Source of the DNA: Candidatus Dormiibacterota bacterium
GTDB lineage: Bacteria > Chloroflexota > Limnocylindria > Limnocylindrales > CSP1-4
DNA: 64,000 nucleotides
Assembly (NCBI GenBank): GCA_035631615.1
Contig: DASQIK010000016.1
Span: 64,577 to 128,576, forward strand
Direction of reading: 5' to 3'
The notes under the pieces were generated by a model. That model did no database searches. It was not told where the DNA came from and was given only the letters and a program-made list of their open reading frames with translations. Both the position numbers and the translations under genes were made by a program. Every line of letters starts with the position of its first letter. Position 1 is the first letter of the stretch. Positions 27,479 through 36,030 of this stretch are shown here, piece after piece.

Positions 27479-29611
27479 TCACGCGTCGCGGACGGCAGGC
27501 ACGAGCACGCCCGCCAGGCCCACTGCCACCGTGATGAGCCCGAACACGCCGAGGACCGGGCCCGCCCCGAACCACTCGCCGAGCACGCCGCCGATGCCCA
27601 TAGCCAGGGTCATCGCGCCGAACACCACCGAGAAGCGGAGGCCGAGCACGCGACCCATGAGCTCCGGCGGGGTGCGCTTCTGGAGCAAGGTCTGGCTCGG
27701 GATCACGAATGCCAGGTTGCCGATCCCCGCGCCGAACGCGATTCCCAGTGCGAGCGGCAGGCTCCCGGCCAGCGGCAGGAGCGCCACGATCGCGCCGGTC
27801 GCAACATAGCCGACGATCACCATCCGCCCCAGGGCAAGCCGCGACCCGATCAGGCCGATCAGGAACCCGCCGACGAGATTGCCCGCCCCGATCGAGCCCT
27901 CCATGAACGCGAACGCCTCGGTGTCGGTGAACCCGGTGCGGTCGATCGAGTGGGCTGCGTACACCGGCGTGAGCACCAGGAAGATGCCGAGCATGAACTG
28001 GCCGGCCGTCGCCTGGAGCGTGTTCGCGAGCAGGACCTGGTCGCCGCGCAAAAAGCGCCAGCCCTCGCGCAGCTCGGTGCCGAAGCCCGACAGCCCGGCG
28101 CGGAGGCCGCGGCGCGCCTCGGTCGCCGCGTCGCCCACCGCGTCGGCGATCTGGCGGGTCACCGGCGCCACGACCACCGACGCGATCAGCAGGGCCGATG
28201 CGAAGTAGGTCACCGAGTCGGCCCAGAACGCGAGCGGCAGCTGGCTGCCGAGCAGGGCCACGAACAGGCCCGCCAGCACGTACCCGCCGATGTCCGCGAA
28301 CGTCTCGCCGACCCAGAGCGCGGAGTTGGCCGGCACGAGGTCGTCGTGCGCGACCATCCGCGGCAGGATCGCCCCCTTCGCCGGCCGGAAGAAGATCGAG
28401 ACCGTGGTCACGAGGAACACGAGCGGGTAGGCGAGGGCTAGGTTCGTGACGGCTGCGATCGGGATCAGGAGGACCAGGCCGGCGCGCAGCAGGTCGCTGA
28501 CGATCATCACCTCGCGCTGGTCCCAGCGGTCGACGAGCCCGCCGGCAATCGGCCCGAAGATCAGGTTCGGCAGCGTGGCGGTCAGGAAGACCGCACCGAC
28601 CGCGATCGGCGAGTTCGTCGCGTGGAGCACCAGGTAGGCGAGCGCGACCTGGTGGATCCGGTCGCCGAGTGCGCTGATCAGCTGCCCGGTCCACAGGGCG
28701 CTGAACGAGCTGTCGAGCGCGAGCCGCACGTATGGGTGGTGCCGGACCCGCTCGAGGATCGGCGGGACCTGCGGAAGCGCGCGCCTCCGCGTCTGCCGGA
28801 GGGTGCCCTCCGACCCGACCGAGGGGCCGCCGAGGGACAGGGGTCGCTCGAGGGCCACGGCGCTGACGAGGCTGCCGTCGTAGGCATCGAACGCGAGGGC
28901 GGTGTCGATCGCGCCCGTGTCGAGCGCGGGGAACAGCGCTCCGGTCTCGAGCATCGCGGCCGCCTCTGCCGCGGCGGCCTCCTCCGGGGAGAGCCGGAGC
29001 TGGGCGACGCGCCGCCCGAGGGCGGTCGGATCCGCGCCGCGGAGCAGGTCCGTCGGTTCGCGAACGACGATCGCGAACAGGAAGAACGCGAGTCCGGACG
29101 CGAGGAACAGGTCGCCGATGCTCGCGACGTTGCGAATGAAGGGGATCGGGATCGGGATGATGTCGCCCAACGGGCCGGCCTGGGCGAGGAAGTCGCCGGT
29201 GATCCCGCCGCTCGTCGCCGTGCCGACGATCAGGTGGAACGCCGACCCGATCTCGGTCGGCGGCAGGCCGGCGGCGACGATGCTCGGCTGCCAGACCGGC
29301 ATGTAGCCCCCGTTCGTCACGATCGCGATCGCGTTGAGCAGGATTCCGACGAAGGCGAGCGCGATGCCCGGGTGCTCGCGGTTCGACCACAACCCGATCA
29401 AAAGCAGCAGGAAGCCGCTGGCGAAGAGGGGCAGCCGCACGGCATCGGCGATGTCGTTGCCGTTCTCGATGGCGAACTCCGTGGCGTAGCGCAGCACCAG
29501 CCCGAGGAAGAGGAGCTGGACCAGGCGGAGCCGGACGTAGGCGAGATTCTCGATCCGCCCGCCGGCGAGCAGCCCGAGCGCGAGGCCCAGGATCAGGCTG
29601 ACGATCAGCAT
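27479..29611 (-). CDS. DUF5317-like membrane domain fused to an MFS transporter (EntS/MFS_3-like)
   Basis: Single uninterrupted 710-aa ORF. The N-terminal ~200 aa ('MLIVSLILGLALGLLAGGRIENLAYVRLR...NGGYMPVW') resemble DUF5317. An Ala-rich linker follows. A 12-TM MFS then starts at 'FSALWTGQLISALGDRIHQVALAYLV...GGLVDRWDQR'. Confidence 0.7.
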   Translation of the reverse strand: MLIVSLILGLALGLLAGGRIENLAYVRLRLVQLLFLGLVLRYATEFAIENGNDIADAVRLPLFASGFLLLLIGLWSNREHPGIALAFVGILLNAIAIVTNGGYMPVWQPSIVAAGLPPTEIGSAFHLIVGTATSGGITGDFLAQAGPLGDIIPIPIPFIRNVASIGDLFLASGLAFFLFAIVVREPTDLLRGADPTALGRRVAQLRLSPEEAAAAEAAAMLETGALFPALDTGAIDTALAFDAYDGSLVSAVALERPLSLGGPSVGSEGTLRQTRRRALPQVPPILERVRHHPYVRLALDSSFSALWTGQLISALGDRIHQVALAYLVLHATNSPIAVGAVFLTATLPNLIFGPIAGGLVDRWDQREVMIVSDLLRAGLVLLIPIAAVTNLALAYPLVFLVTTVSIFFRPAKGAILPRMVAHDDLVPANSALWVGETFADIGGYVLAGLFVALLGSQLPLAFWADSVTYFASALLIASVVVAPVTRQIADAVGDAATEARRGLRAGLSGFGTELREGWRFLRGDQVLLANTLQATAGQFMLGIFLVLTPVYAAHSIDRTGFTDTEAFAFMEGSIGAGNLVGGFLIGLIGSRLALGRMVIVGYVATGAIVALLPLAGSLPLALGIAFGAGIGNLAFVIPSQTLLQKRTPPELMGRVLGLRFSVVFGAMTLAMGIGGVLGEWFGAGPVLGVFGLITVAVGLAGVLVPAVRDA

Positions 29612-29868
29612 CGGGTCGTGGCTACTCGCACGTCGTTCGTCCGCGGCATGCGCGCATTGTCACGGGCGATCCGGCGCTTCGTGGGCTCGCGCCGCGTTCG
29701 GCCCCGGCGCTCTCGCTGCGACTGTCGGCGCGCCGACGTCCCCTCTGCGCCGACCCAGCGATGCCAACTGCTGCATACGCGCCGAGCGAGCGGCGGCCGA
29801 ATGCGCGACCGCGGGCGGGCCGTGTCGTTGCGCGGCGGCGGTTGCGCCGCGCATCCCGGTGGCGCGGC

Positions 29869-31266
29869 TCAGGCCAGGTCGGCTGCGGGGGACCCCGGCG
29901 CTGGGGCGTCGTGGGCACGCGCGGCGCGGGCGCCGTGCTGGCCGAGCAGCGGGATCGGTCGAAGGTCGGGCTCGCCGGTGTCCCGAACGTCGTCGGCCCA
30001 CGAGGTCTTCACGAACGCGTCGACGATCTCGGGGTCGAACTGGACGCCGGCGAACTTGCGGAGCTCGGCGAGCGCCTGCCCGGTCGACAGCGCCTTGCGG
30101 TACGGCCGGTCGGCCGTCATCGCCTCGAACGCGTCGGCGACATGGAGGATCCGCGCGAGCCTGGGGATCTCGTCGCCCATCAGTCGATCCGGGTAGCCCG
30201 AGCCGTTGTACCACTCGTGATGGTGGCGGATGACCGGCAGCTCCGGCGCGAGCCGATCCACAGGCCCGATGATCTGCGCGCCCAGCACCGGGTGGGCGTT
30301 CATCGTGATCCGCTCCTCGCGGGTCAGCTTGCCCTGCTTCAGCAGCACGTTGTCCGGCACGCCGATCTTGCCCACGTCGTGAAGCAGCCCGCCCCACTCC
30401 AGGGCCTCGAGCTCGCCCGCCGACACCCGCAGCTCACGCCCGATGTCGACCGAGATCGAGCGCACCCGCTGGCTGTGCTTGCTCGTGAACGGATCGCGCT
30501 TGTCCACCGCCTCCGCCAGCGCCCCGATCGTCTGCGTGAACATCTCCCGCATCTCGACGAATCGCTGATAAGCGACTCGGGTCGTGAAGAGAGGCAATCC
30601 GAACAAGAGCGTTGTCCACCAGCCGCCGTCCCGGAGTTCGTACATCCTCGCCATCAACCAGCCGAGCGGCGCCAACGTAAGTAGGTTGGCCCAGATGTTC
30701 GAGGTCTCGGCTCGTGTCAGGAACTCGCGTGCCGATAGACCTGTCCGGAACACAACGACCAGCGACACGAACACGAGGTTGGTTACGAAGTACGTCAAGG
30801 TCCCCAGAAGGGTCGCGACAAGCTCCTGGAATGCGTTGCCGTCCCCCCTGAAGAGCTCAATGACGACCGAACCGAAGATGACCGGAAGCACGATTGCTGC
30901 GTGGTTTGCCAAAGTCCCATACCAGGCGACCCGGCCGCGCAGTTCCCGCGCGTCGGTCGTCCCGATCAGCGCCACCCATGCCGCAGCCGCAGGTCCGCCG
31001 AGCACGGCGGCAGCCATAAGCGGAGCGGTGGAAACGGCGACTTGCACCCCGTGACTCACGCGGACCGGGAGAGCCGATGCAATCAGGGTGATCACAGTCC
31101 AGAACGCGACCCCGAGGAGGACCTCGACCACGCTCGAGGTGTTCGGATCGCCGTCGAAGGAGATCGCGATTGCAGGCTGCACAGGAATCACAAGGCTCGT
31201 GATGAGCAGCGCCGCTGTGGCCGCTCCCACGAGCCCGGTGACGTATATCGCGAGGGACCTAGGCAA
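29869..31266 (-). CDS. Membrane-anchored HD-GYP domain cyclic-di-GMP phosphodiesterase
   Basis: 'HSQRVRSISV', 'GLLHDVGKIGVPDNVLLKQGKLT' and 'HHEWYNGSGYPDRL' form an intact HD and GYP motif set. N-terminal ~230 aa contain about 7 TM helices. TTG start at 31266. Confidence 0.85.
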   Translation of the reverse strand: MPRSLAIYVTGLVGAATAALLITSLVIPVQPAIAISFDGDPNTSSVVEVLLGVAFWTVITLIASALPVRVSHGVQVAVSTAPLMAAAVLGGPAAAAWVALIGTTDARELRGRVAWYGTLANHAAIVLPVIFGSVVIELFRGDGNAFQELVATLLGTLTYFVTNLVFVSLVVVFRTGLSAREFLTRAETSNIWANLLTLAPLGWLMARMYELRDGGWWTTLLFGLPLFTTRVAYQRFVEMREMFTQTIGALAEAVDKRDPFTSKHSQRVRSISVDIGRELRVSAGELEALEWGGLLHDVGKIGVPDNVLLKQGKLTREERITMNAHPVLGAQIIGPVDRLAPELPVIRHHHEWYNGSGYPDRLMGDEIPRLARILHVADAFEAMTADRPYRKALSTGQALAELRKFAGVQFDPEIVDAFVKTSWADDVRDTGEPDLRPIPLLGQHGARAARAHDAPAPGSPAADLA

Positions 31267-31341
31267 GTCGCTTCACCGCACTCGGATCCATGGTTCCCGA
31301 ACTCTAGACCCTAACGTCCGGGATCCAATGGTCCGCCAGTA

Positions 31342-31431
31342 CTAGAAGCCCTTGAGAGTCGCCCCTCCGGCGAGTGCGATCGCGGCGACGGTGCTCAAAG
31401 TGACCGCCAGCCGCATGAGCCGGTGCTTCAT
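31342..31431 (-). CDS. Candidate 29-aa hydrophobic micro-protein (MKHRLMRLAVTLSTVAAIALAGGATLKGF)
   Basis: ATG..TAG ORF translated by hand. Only 4 of 29 codons end in A/T, which is coding-like for this genome. One predicted TM or signal-like helix. The SD-like AAGGA abuts the ATG, which is poor spacing, so translation is unproven. Confidence 0.35.
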   Translation of the reverse strand: MKHRLMRLAVTLSTVAAIALAGGATLKGF

Positions 31432-31512
31432 CCTTAGAAGCCCTTCAGAGTGTTCTCGGGAGCCACGCTCGTCCTCCTCGCGGTCCCCGTGCTCCCCTTC
31501 AGAAACACGAAA

Positions 31513-31534
31513 ACCGACCTGACTCTGGGTCGGT
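31513..31534 (-). terminator. Putative intrinsic terminator downstream of the STAND regulator gene
   Basis: The minus strand reads ACCGACC-CAGAGTCA-GGTCGGT followed by TTTCGTGTTTCT. That is a 7-bp stem, an 8-nt loop and a T-rich tail. Confidence 0.45.
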
Positions 31535-31706
31535 CGGTTGCACTACTCGCTCAGCTCCACCCTAAGTGCCCATTTCAGGTGGAGCCTCGGCGCGTCCGAG
31601 CGTTCTTAGATTGGTTCGGTAGTACGCAAGTACCACTCGAGGGCCGGACTATAGGTAGACCCAACTGAACCGGTCAATACGCATGTCTACCTATCTACAC
31701 CTAGCC

Positions 31707-34700
31707 TCAGAGGTCGCCCATGGGAGGTACATCGAGCCCGAGGTCCTTCAGGGCGCGCGAGTACTTGGCGTAAGACTCCGCGGCAGCAGCGTGGGCGCCG
31801 GCAAGCCGATAGACGCGAATCAATGCGAGCTGGATCTCTTCAGAGTCGGTCTCAACCTCGGCGGCTCTTTCCGCCAAGAGGACGCCGCGAACGAGTCGTC
31901 CTGCATCGATGTCGGCACGGATGGCTTGCTCCATGACTCGTAGGTACGACGCGTGGAGAGCATCGCGAAACGGGCCGGACCACTCCTCGTATGCGAAATC
32001 GATCGAGAACTTGCCCAGGTACGCATGGGCCAGAGCGACCACGGATAGATCGTCTGGCTCGGCAGTCGCACTTCGAATCAACTCCAAACACCGACGACTT
32101 CGTGCATGCACCAGAGCAGGGTCGATCCAGATGGTCTCTCCATCCTGTTGAACGTACCCTGGTGACAGATCCTCGCGATACTCAGGCTCAAAGACGCGGC
32201 GCAGGAAGTAGACCGTCTGATTCAGCGAATTGAGAGCCGACTGCGGATCCAGATCCGGCCAAAGGCTGTCGGCGACCTCCTCCCGAGTGGCAGTCCAATT
32301 CGATTTGGTCAGGAGCAGAGACAGCAAGGCAAGGACCTTGCGACGGACGTCCGAGCTCTCAACAACTCGGGACCCGATGGCGATCCGGACGCGTCCGAGG
32401 TCCTCAACAACCACCTTCGGCGCGAGACGTCGCGCGAGGCCTCGGCCGAGCGGGAAGCCACGACCTTCCCGCGCGGTTCGTGCGAGACCACGAAGCAGTG
32501 GAACATCAGCCAGTTCCCCGATCTCGTCGAGGAGCCTCGCTGCCGGCCACGATGCGGCGCCTGGTGTAGTGACCGCTCGTCGAATGGGCTCGCGCCATCG
32601 CCACGGCCGGCGACGGACTTCGTCACCGATGTCCGAAGTCGCCTGATCTGTTAGATCGCCGAGGCGTAGGACCACAGCCTCCGCTGCCATGCTTAGAGCG
32701 ACAGGCGCCTTCGTCGCCACTTCTGCGAGCGTCGCGGAAGGGTCTCTCGCGATGTCTGCGACCGCGGCCAGGGCCTCCGCGTACGCCTCCCAGTGGGTGG
32801 CTCCCTGACGGATCGCAAGGGCCCGCGGAACGCGGTGAATCTCTTGATCATCCGCACCCCCTAGGAGCACTTGGATCAAGCTTCCTACGAGGAGGCGCCT
32901 GAGTTCGAAAGCCGGGGTTAGGTGATGCCTGCGTGCGTCAATCCTTGCGAACGTGCGTTGCGCAGTGTCCAGGTCCCCTAGTTCCGCGGCATATAGGGCT
33001 CGAGCCAGGACAGCCCGATCGCCGATTTCCAAGTTGTCCGAGATCCGTGTCTCAAAGGACGGCAAGTGCCGGGCCGCCAAACTGGGTTGTCCGTAAAGGA
33101 GCTCGATGTCGGCGGCCTCTATGGACACTTCGAGCCGCTGGCCGGGAAGCGACAGTTTCGAGGCCAAGTCGATCTCAGATCGAGCGCCACCGATGTCTCC
33201 TAGGTGAGCGACCGCGGCTGCTCTGGCGAGCCGTGCCGATACCAATTCGATCCCGGCAGACGAGCCCGCGAGGATGGAGATTGCCTCGTCGGCGCAGGTC
33301 AAAGCGCCCTCGCCATCACCGGCGGCCAGGCGCAGCTGCGACTCGTTGCAGAGGCTGACTCCAAGAAAGTGCGCCTCGCCTTTGAGGCGATGATCGAGTT
33401 TTAGGCGGTGCAGTCCTGCAATGGCCGTTCGAAGGGAGCCATCTACGGAAGAGTCGACCGCCTCGCGGTATACCTTTGCGAGAGTGGCGATATGAGGGGA
33501 GGACGATGCCTCAAGAAGGCGACCCGCCGCGAGCGCCGCATCCACGTCGCCAGCGAGGCTCCTAGCAGAGAGCAGGTTGAGAAGCGCTAGATCCGAATCC
33601 GGATCAGTCGACCAAGCTTGCTCGGCAAGCTCCCTGCCCTCCGCGACCTCTGCACGCTGTTGGGCGAGCCGCGAACGGAGGATCAAACCCGGCGCACCGC
33701 CCAGCATCCCGCTTGGAAGATCTGATACCAGTTCTTGAGCGATGGCGTAGGCGCCGGTGGCGAGGATGTTCTCGATCGCGGCGGAGAGGACGCGACGCGC
33801 GTCGTCGGCGTGGCCGCTGGCGAGGTAGTGGCGGCCGGAGATCCGCCAGTCGACGGTTTCGGCGGCGCGCGCGATCCGCAGGTGGATCGCCCGAACGCCG
33901 TCCTCGCCGACGGATCGGGCGAGGCGGGCCTGGAGGAAGTCGCGCACGAGCGGATGCGCCCGGACGACGTGGCGCGTGTTCGGGCCCCGCTTGCCGAACA
34001 AACCCTGGCGCTCGCCGTCCTCGATCAGCGACCTCGCAGCGTCCTCATCGACCTCGGCAGCGACCGTGCCCAGGACGAGATCGACCGTCTCCAGCAGCGA
34101 CGTGCGCATCAGGAATTGCTGGAGGTCGTCTGGGAGCTCGCCCACGACCTCCTCGGCGAGGTACTCGTACAGGTGCCCCTCGGCGCCGCTCAGCGACGAG
34201 ATGAAGGCCCGAACCTGCCCCGGGTCGCGATCGTGCAGCGCGGCTCGGACGAGCTGCAACGACGCGGCCCAGCCCTCGGTGCGGCGCCGGAGCTCCGCGA
34301 GGATCGCCGGCTCGAGCCGCATCTCGTAGGTCTCGCGGAACAGCCGCTCGGTCTCGAGCACGTTGAATCGGAGGTCGTCGGTCCCGAGCTCGGCGACCTC
34401 GCCGAGCGCGCGCAGCCGCGCCAGCCGGACCGGCGGCTCGCGCCGGCTGGCGAACATGAACGACATCCGCTCCGGCCCGCGCGCCATGAGCTCGCGCAGG
34501 ATGTGGCGGACGTCCGGCGAATCGTCGACCAGGTGAACGTCATCGAACACGAGCGCGGTCGGGTCGTTGGGCAGACCTCCGAGCTCGCGAAGGAACGTGT
34601 CGAGGACCGTGTCGAGCGAGGGTGACGTCGTCGCGGTCTCACGAAGCAGCGCGGCCGTCGACGGGCCGAAGTCCGGGACGTGGACGCGCACAGCCGCGAC

Positions 34701-34949
34701 GAGGTACGCGATGAACCCGACCCAGTCGCGATCGCCGCGGTCGAGGCGAAACCACAGGACGCGGATGCGCGTTCGACGAGAGAAGTCGGCGAGCAGCGTC
34801 GTCTTGCCGTAGCCGGCCTCGGCCACCAGCAGGACGGCGCGGCGATGGATCTTGACCGACAGCCACTCGAGGAGCCGGTCGCGCGCCAGCGTCTCCTCGC
34901 GGAGCGGCGGCGCCTGGACCTTGCTGACCTGAATCGGGTACTCGGACAT
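31707..34949 (-). CDS. Large STAND/MalT-like ATPase regulator with C-terminal OmpR-type winged helix + BTAD (SARP) module
   Basis: N-terminus 'VQAPPLREETLARDRLLEWL...AVLLVAEAGYGKTTLLADF' (Walker A) and 'LVFDDVHLV' (Walker B), as in MalT/LAL regulators. Central TPR-like helical repeats. C-terminus 'REEVADSLWPDLDPQSALNSLNQTVYFLRRVF' (wHTH) followed by BTAD-like 'ALIRVYRLAGAHAAAAESYAKYSRALKDLGLDVPP'. Start moved to ATG 34949. Confidence 0.8.
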   Translation of the reverse strand: MSEYPIQVSKVQAPPLREETLARDRLLEWLSVKIHRRAVLLVAEAGYGKTTLLADFSRRTRIRVLWFRLDRGDRDWVGFIAYLVAAVRVHVPDFGPSTAALLRETATTSPSLDTVLDTFLRELGGLPNDPTALVFDDVHLVDDSPDVRHILRELMARGPERMSFMFASRREPPVRLARLRALGEVAELGTDDLRFNVLETERLFRETYEMRLEPAILAELRRRTEGWAASLQLVRAALHDRDPGQVRAFISSLSGAEGHLYEYLAEEVVGELPDDLQQFLMRTSLLETVDLVLGTVAAEVDEDAARSLIEDGERQGLFGKRGPNTRHVVRAHPLVRDFLQARLARSVGEDGVRAIHLRIARAAETVDWRISGRHYLASGHADDARRVLSAAIENILATGAYAIAQELVSDLPSGMLGGAPGLILRSRLAQQRAEVAEGRELAEQAWSTDPDSDLALLNLLSARSLAGDVDAALAAGRLLEASSSPHIATLAKVYREAVDSSVDGSLRTAIAGLHRLKLDHRLKGEAHFLGVSLCNESQLRLAAGDGEGALTCADEAISILAGSSAGIELVSARLARAAAVAHLGDIGGARSEIDLASKLSLPGQRLEVSIEAADIELLYGQPSLAARHLPSFETRISDNLEIGDRAVLARALYAAELGDLDTAQRTFARIDARRHHLTPAFELRRLLVGSLIQVLLGGADDQEIHRVPRALAIRQGATHWEAYAEALAAVADIARDPSATLAEVATKAPVALSMAAEAVVLRLGDLTDQATSDIGDEVRRRPWRWREPIRRAVTTPGAASWPAARLLDEIGELADVPLLRGLARTAREGRGFPLGRGLARRLAPKVVVEDLGRVRIAIGSRVVESSDVRRKVLALLSLLLTKSNWTATREEVADSLWPDLDPQSALNSLNQTVYFLRRVFEPEYREDLSPGYVQQDGETIWIDPALVHARSRRCLELIRSATAEPDDLSVVALAHAYLGKFSIDFAYEEWSGPFRDALHASYLRVMEQAIRADIDAGRLVRGVLLAERAAEVETDSEEIQLALIRVYRLAGAHAAAAESYAKYSRALKDLGLDVPPMGDL

Positions 34950-35255
34950 CGTCTCGAGGTCCCCTCCCGTGGACGCGAGACTGGCGACGGCGCCTGGCCG
35001 TGCGCCCTCGACGACGAGCCGAGGTCGACGGCGCGGCGGACGCACGGTTGCGGCCCGGTCGGGCGTGTGCGTATCTGGGCGAATTGGGCTGGGCTGGGCA
35101 CGCTCGCCGGGCCGGTCGAGCGGCGCGAACGATAGGGAGGCGTCGCGGCGCGTGTCAACGCTGGCCAGTGGGCGGCTGGGCATGCGTCGCATCTTGGCGA
35201 CGCTGGCTCACCGGCCGATTACCGACCGGTGGACGGAGTGTGGATAGGTTGGGCG

Positions 35256-35459
35256 TCAGCCCTCGTACTCGAACCCGATCTTGAGGTCGACCCGGTACTC
35301 GACGATCTCGCCGTCCTCGACGATGGCGCTCGACTTCACGACCTCGACCGTCTTGATGTTGCGGACGGTTCTCGACGCGGTCGCGACCGCCTGCCGGGCC
35401 GCGTCGCTCCACGACTTCGGGCTCGTCCCGACCATCTCCCGAACGATGATCACGCCCAT
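35256..35459 (-). CDS. Dodecin family flavin-binding protein
   Basis: 67 aa. 'VIIVREMVGTSPKSWSDAARQAVATASRTVRNIKTVEVV...VEDGEIVEYRVDLKIGF' matches the dodecin fold pattern and size. Confidence 0.7.
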   Translation of the reverse strand: MGVIIVREMVGTSPKSWSDAARQAVATASRTVRNIKTVEVVKSSAIVEDGEIVEYRVDLKIGFEYEG

Positions 35460-35706
35460 CTCACGCTCCTTCGACTGGCGTTGCCTTCCACGCCGTCAGT
35501 CTAGTCGCGAGGGCTGGCTGGTCTCCTCGGGCAGGAGCGGTCGCAACGCGAACGCTCCTGCCGATCGCGGTGCCGGGACGCACCGCCGAGCCCGGCGGGC
35601 CGCGCGAGTTGGGTCGGACCGCTTGACGCGGTGCGTATTCTCGCGGCCTGAGTTCCGAGCGGGAGCGGAACCGGATCGTACGGAGCCTCATCGGAGGACG
35701 GACACG

Positions 35707-36015
35707 GTGTACGAGGACCGGACGCTTACCTGTCGCGACTGCGGCGACAGCTTCATCTTCTCCGGCGGCGAACAGCGATTCTTCGCCGAGAAGGGGCTCG
35801 TCAATGTGCCGCAACGGTGCCCGACGTGCCGCGCCAACGCGAAGCGGGTGCGCATGGGCGGCCCGCGCGACTACCACGCTGCCGTCTGCAACGCGTGCGG
35901 CAATCAGGCGATGGTGCCCTTCGCACCTCGATCCGATCGGCCCGTCTACTGCAGCAGCTGCTACGACAAGGTCCGAGCCGGGCTCATCGAACCGGCGACC
36001 CCCGTCGCCTCGTAG
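35707..36015 (+). CDS. Zinc-ribbon protein with two CxxC-x17-CxxC motifs
   Basis: GTG 35707 is preceded by GGAGGA. Motifs 'CRDCGDSFIFSGGEQRFFAEKGLVNVPQRCPTCR' and 'CNACGNQAMVPFAPRSDRPVYCSSCY'. The upstream part of track ORF 35281..36015 is antisense to dodecin. Confidence 0.7.
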   Translation: MYEDRTLTCRDCGDSFIFSGGEQRFFAEKGLVNVPQRCPTCRANAKRVRMGGPRDYHAAVCNACGNQAMVPFAPRSDRPVYCSSCYDKVRAGLIEPATPVAS

Positions 36016-36030
36016 TCGCCGCCCGAGGCC

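Noticed and set aside
29622-29918. ORFs in the 258-bp gap between the DUF5317-MFS gene and the HD-GYP gene.
   Set aside because: The products are Arg/Pro-rich with no start context and overlap the HD-GYP 3' end. The gap is better treated as the promoter or leader of the MFS fusion gene.
31437-31508. Second micro-ORF ending 'TLKGF*' (VFLKGSTGTARRTSVAPENTLKGF) upstream of the 29-aa ORF.
   Set aside because: It is not hydrophobic, has only a GTG with no SD, and overlaps the putative terminator tail. It is more likely a degenerate duplicate of the 3' end of the neighbouring micro-ORF than a gene.
31707-34949. STAND ATPase as an antiviral Avs-type defence protein.
   Set aside because: There is no nuclease, protease, TIR or other effector domain. 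The non-ATPase modules are a winged-helix DNA-binding domain and BTAD, so a transcriptional regulator is the simpler reading.
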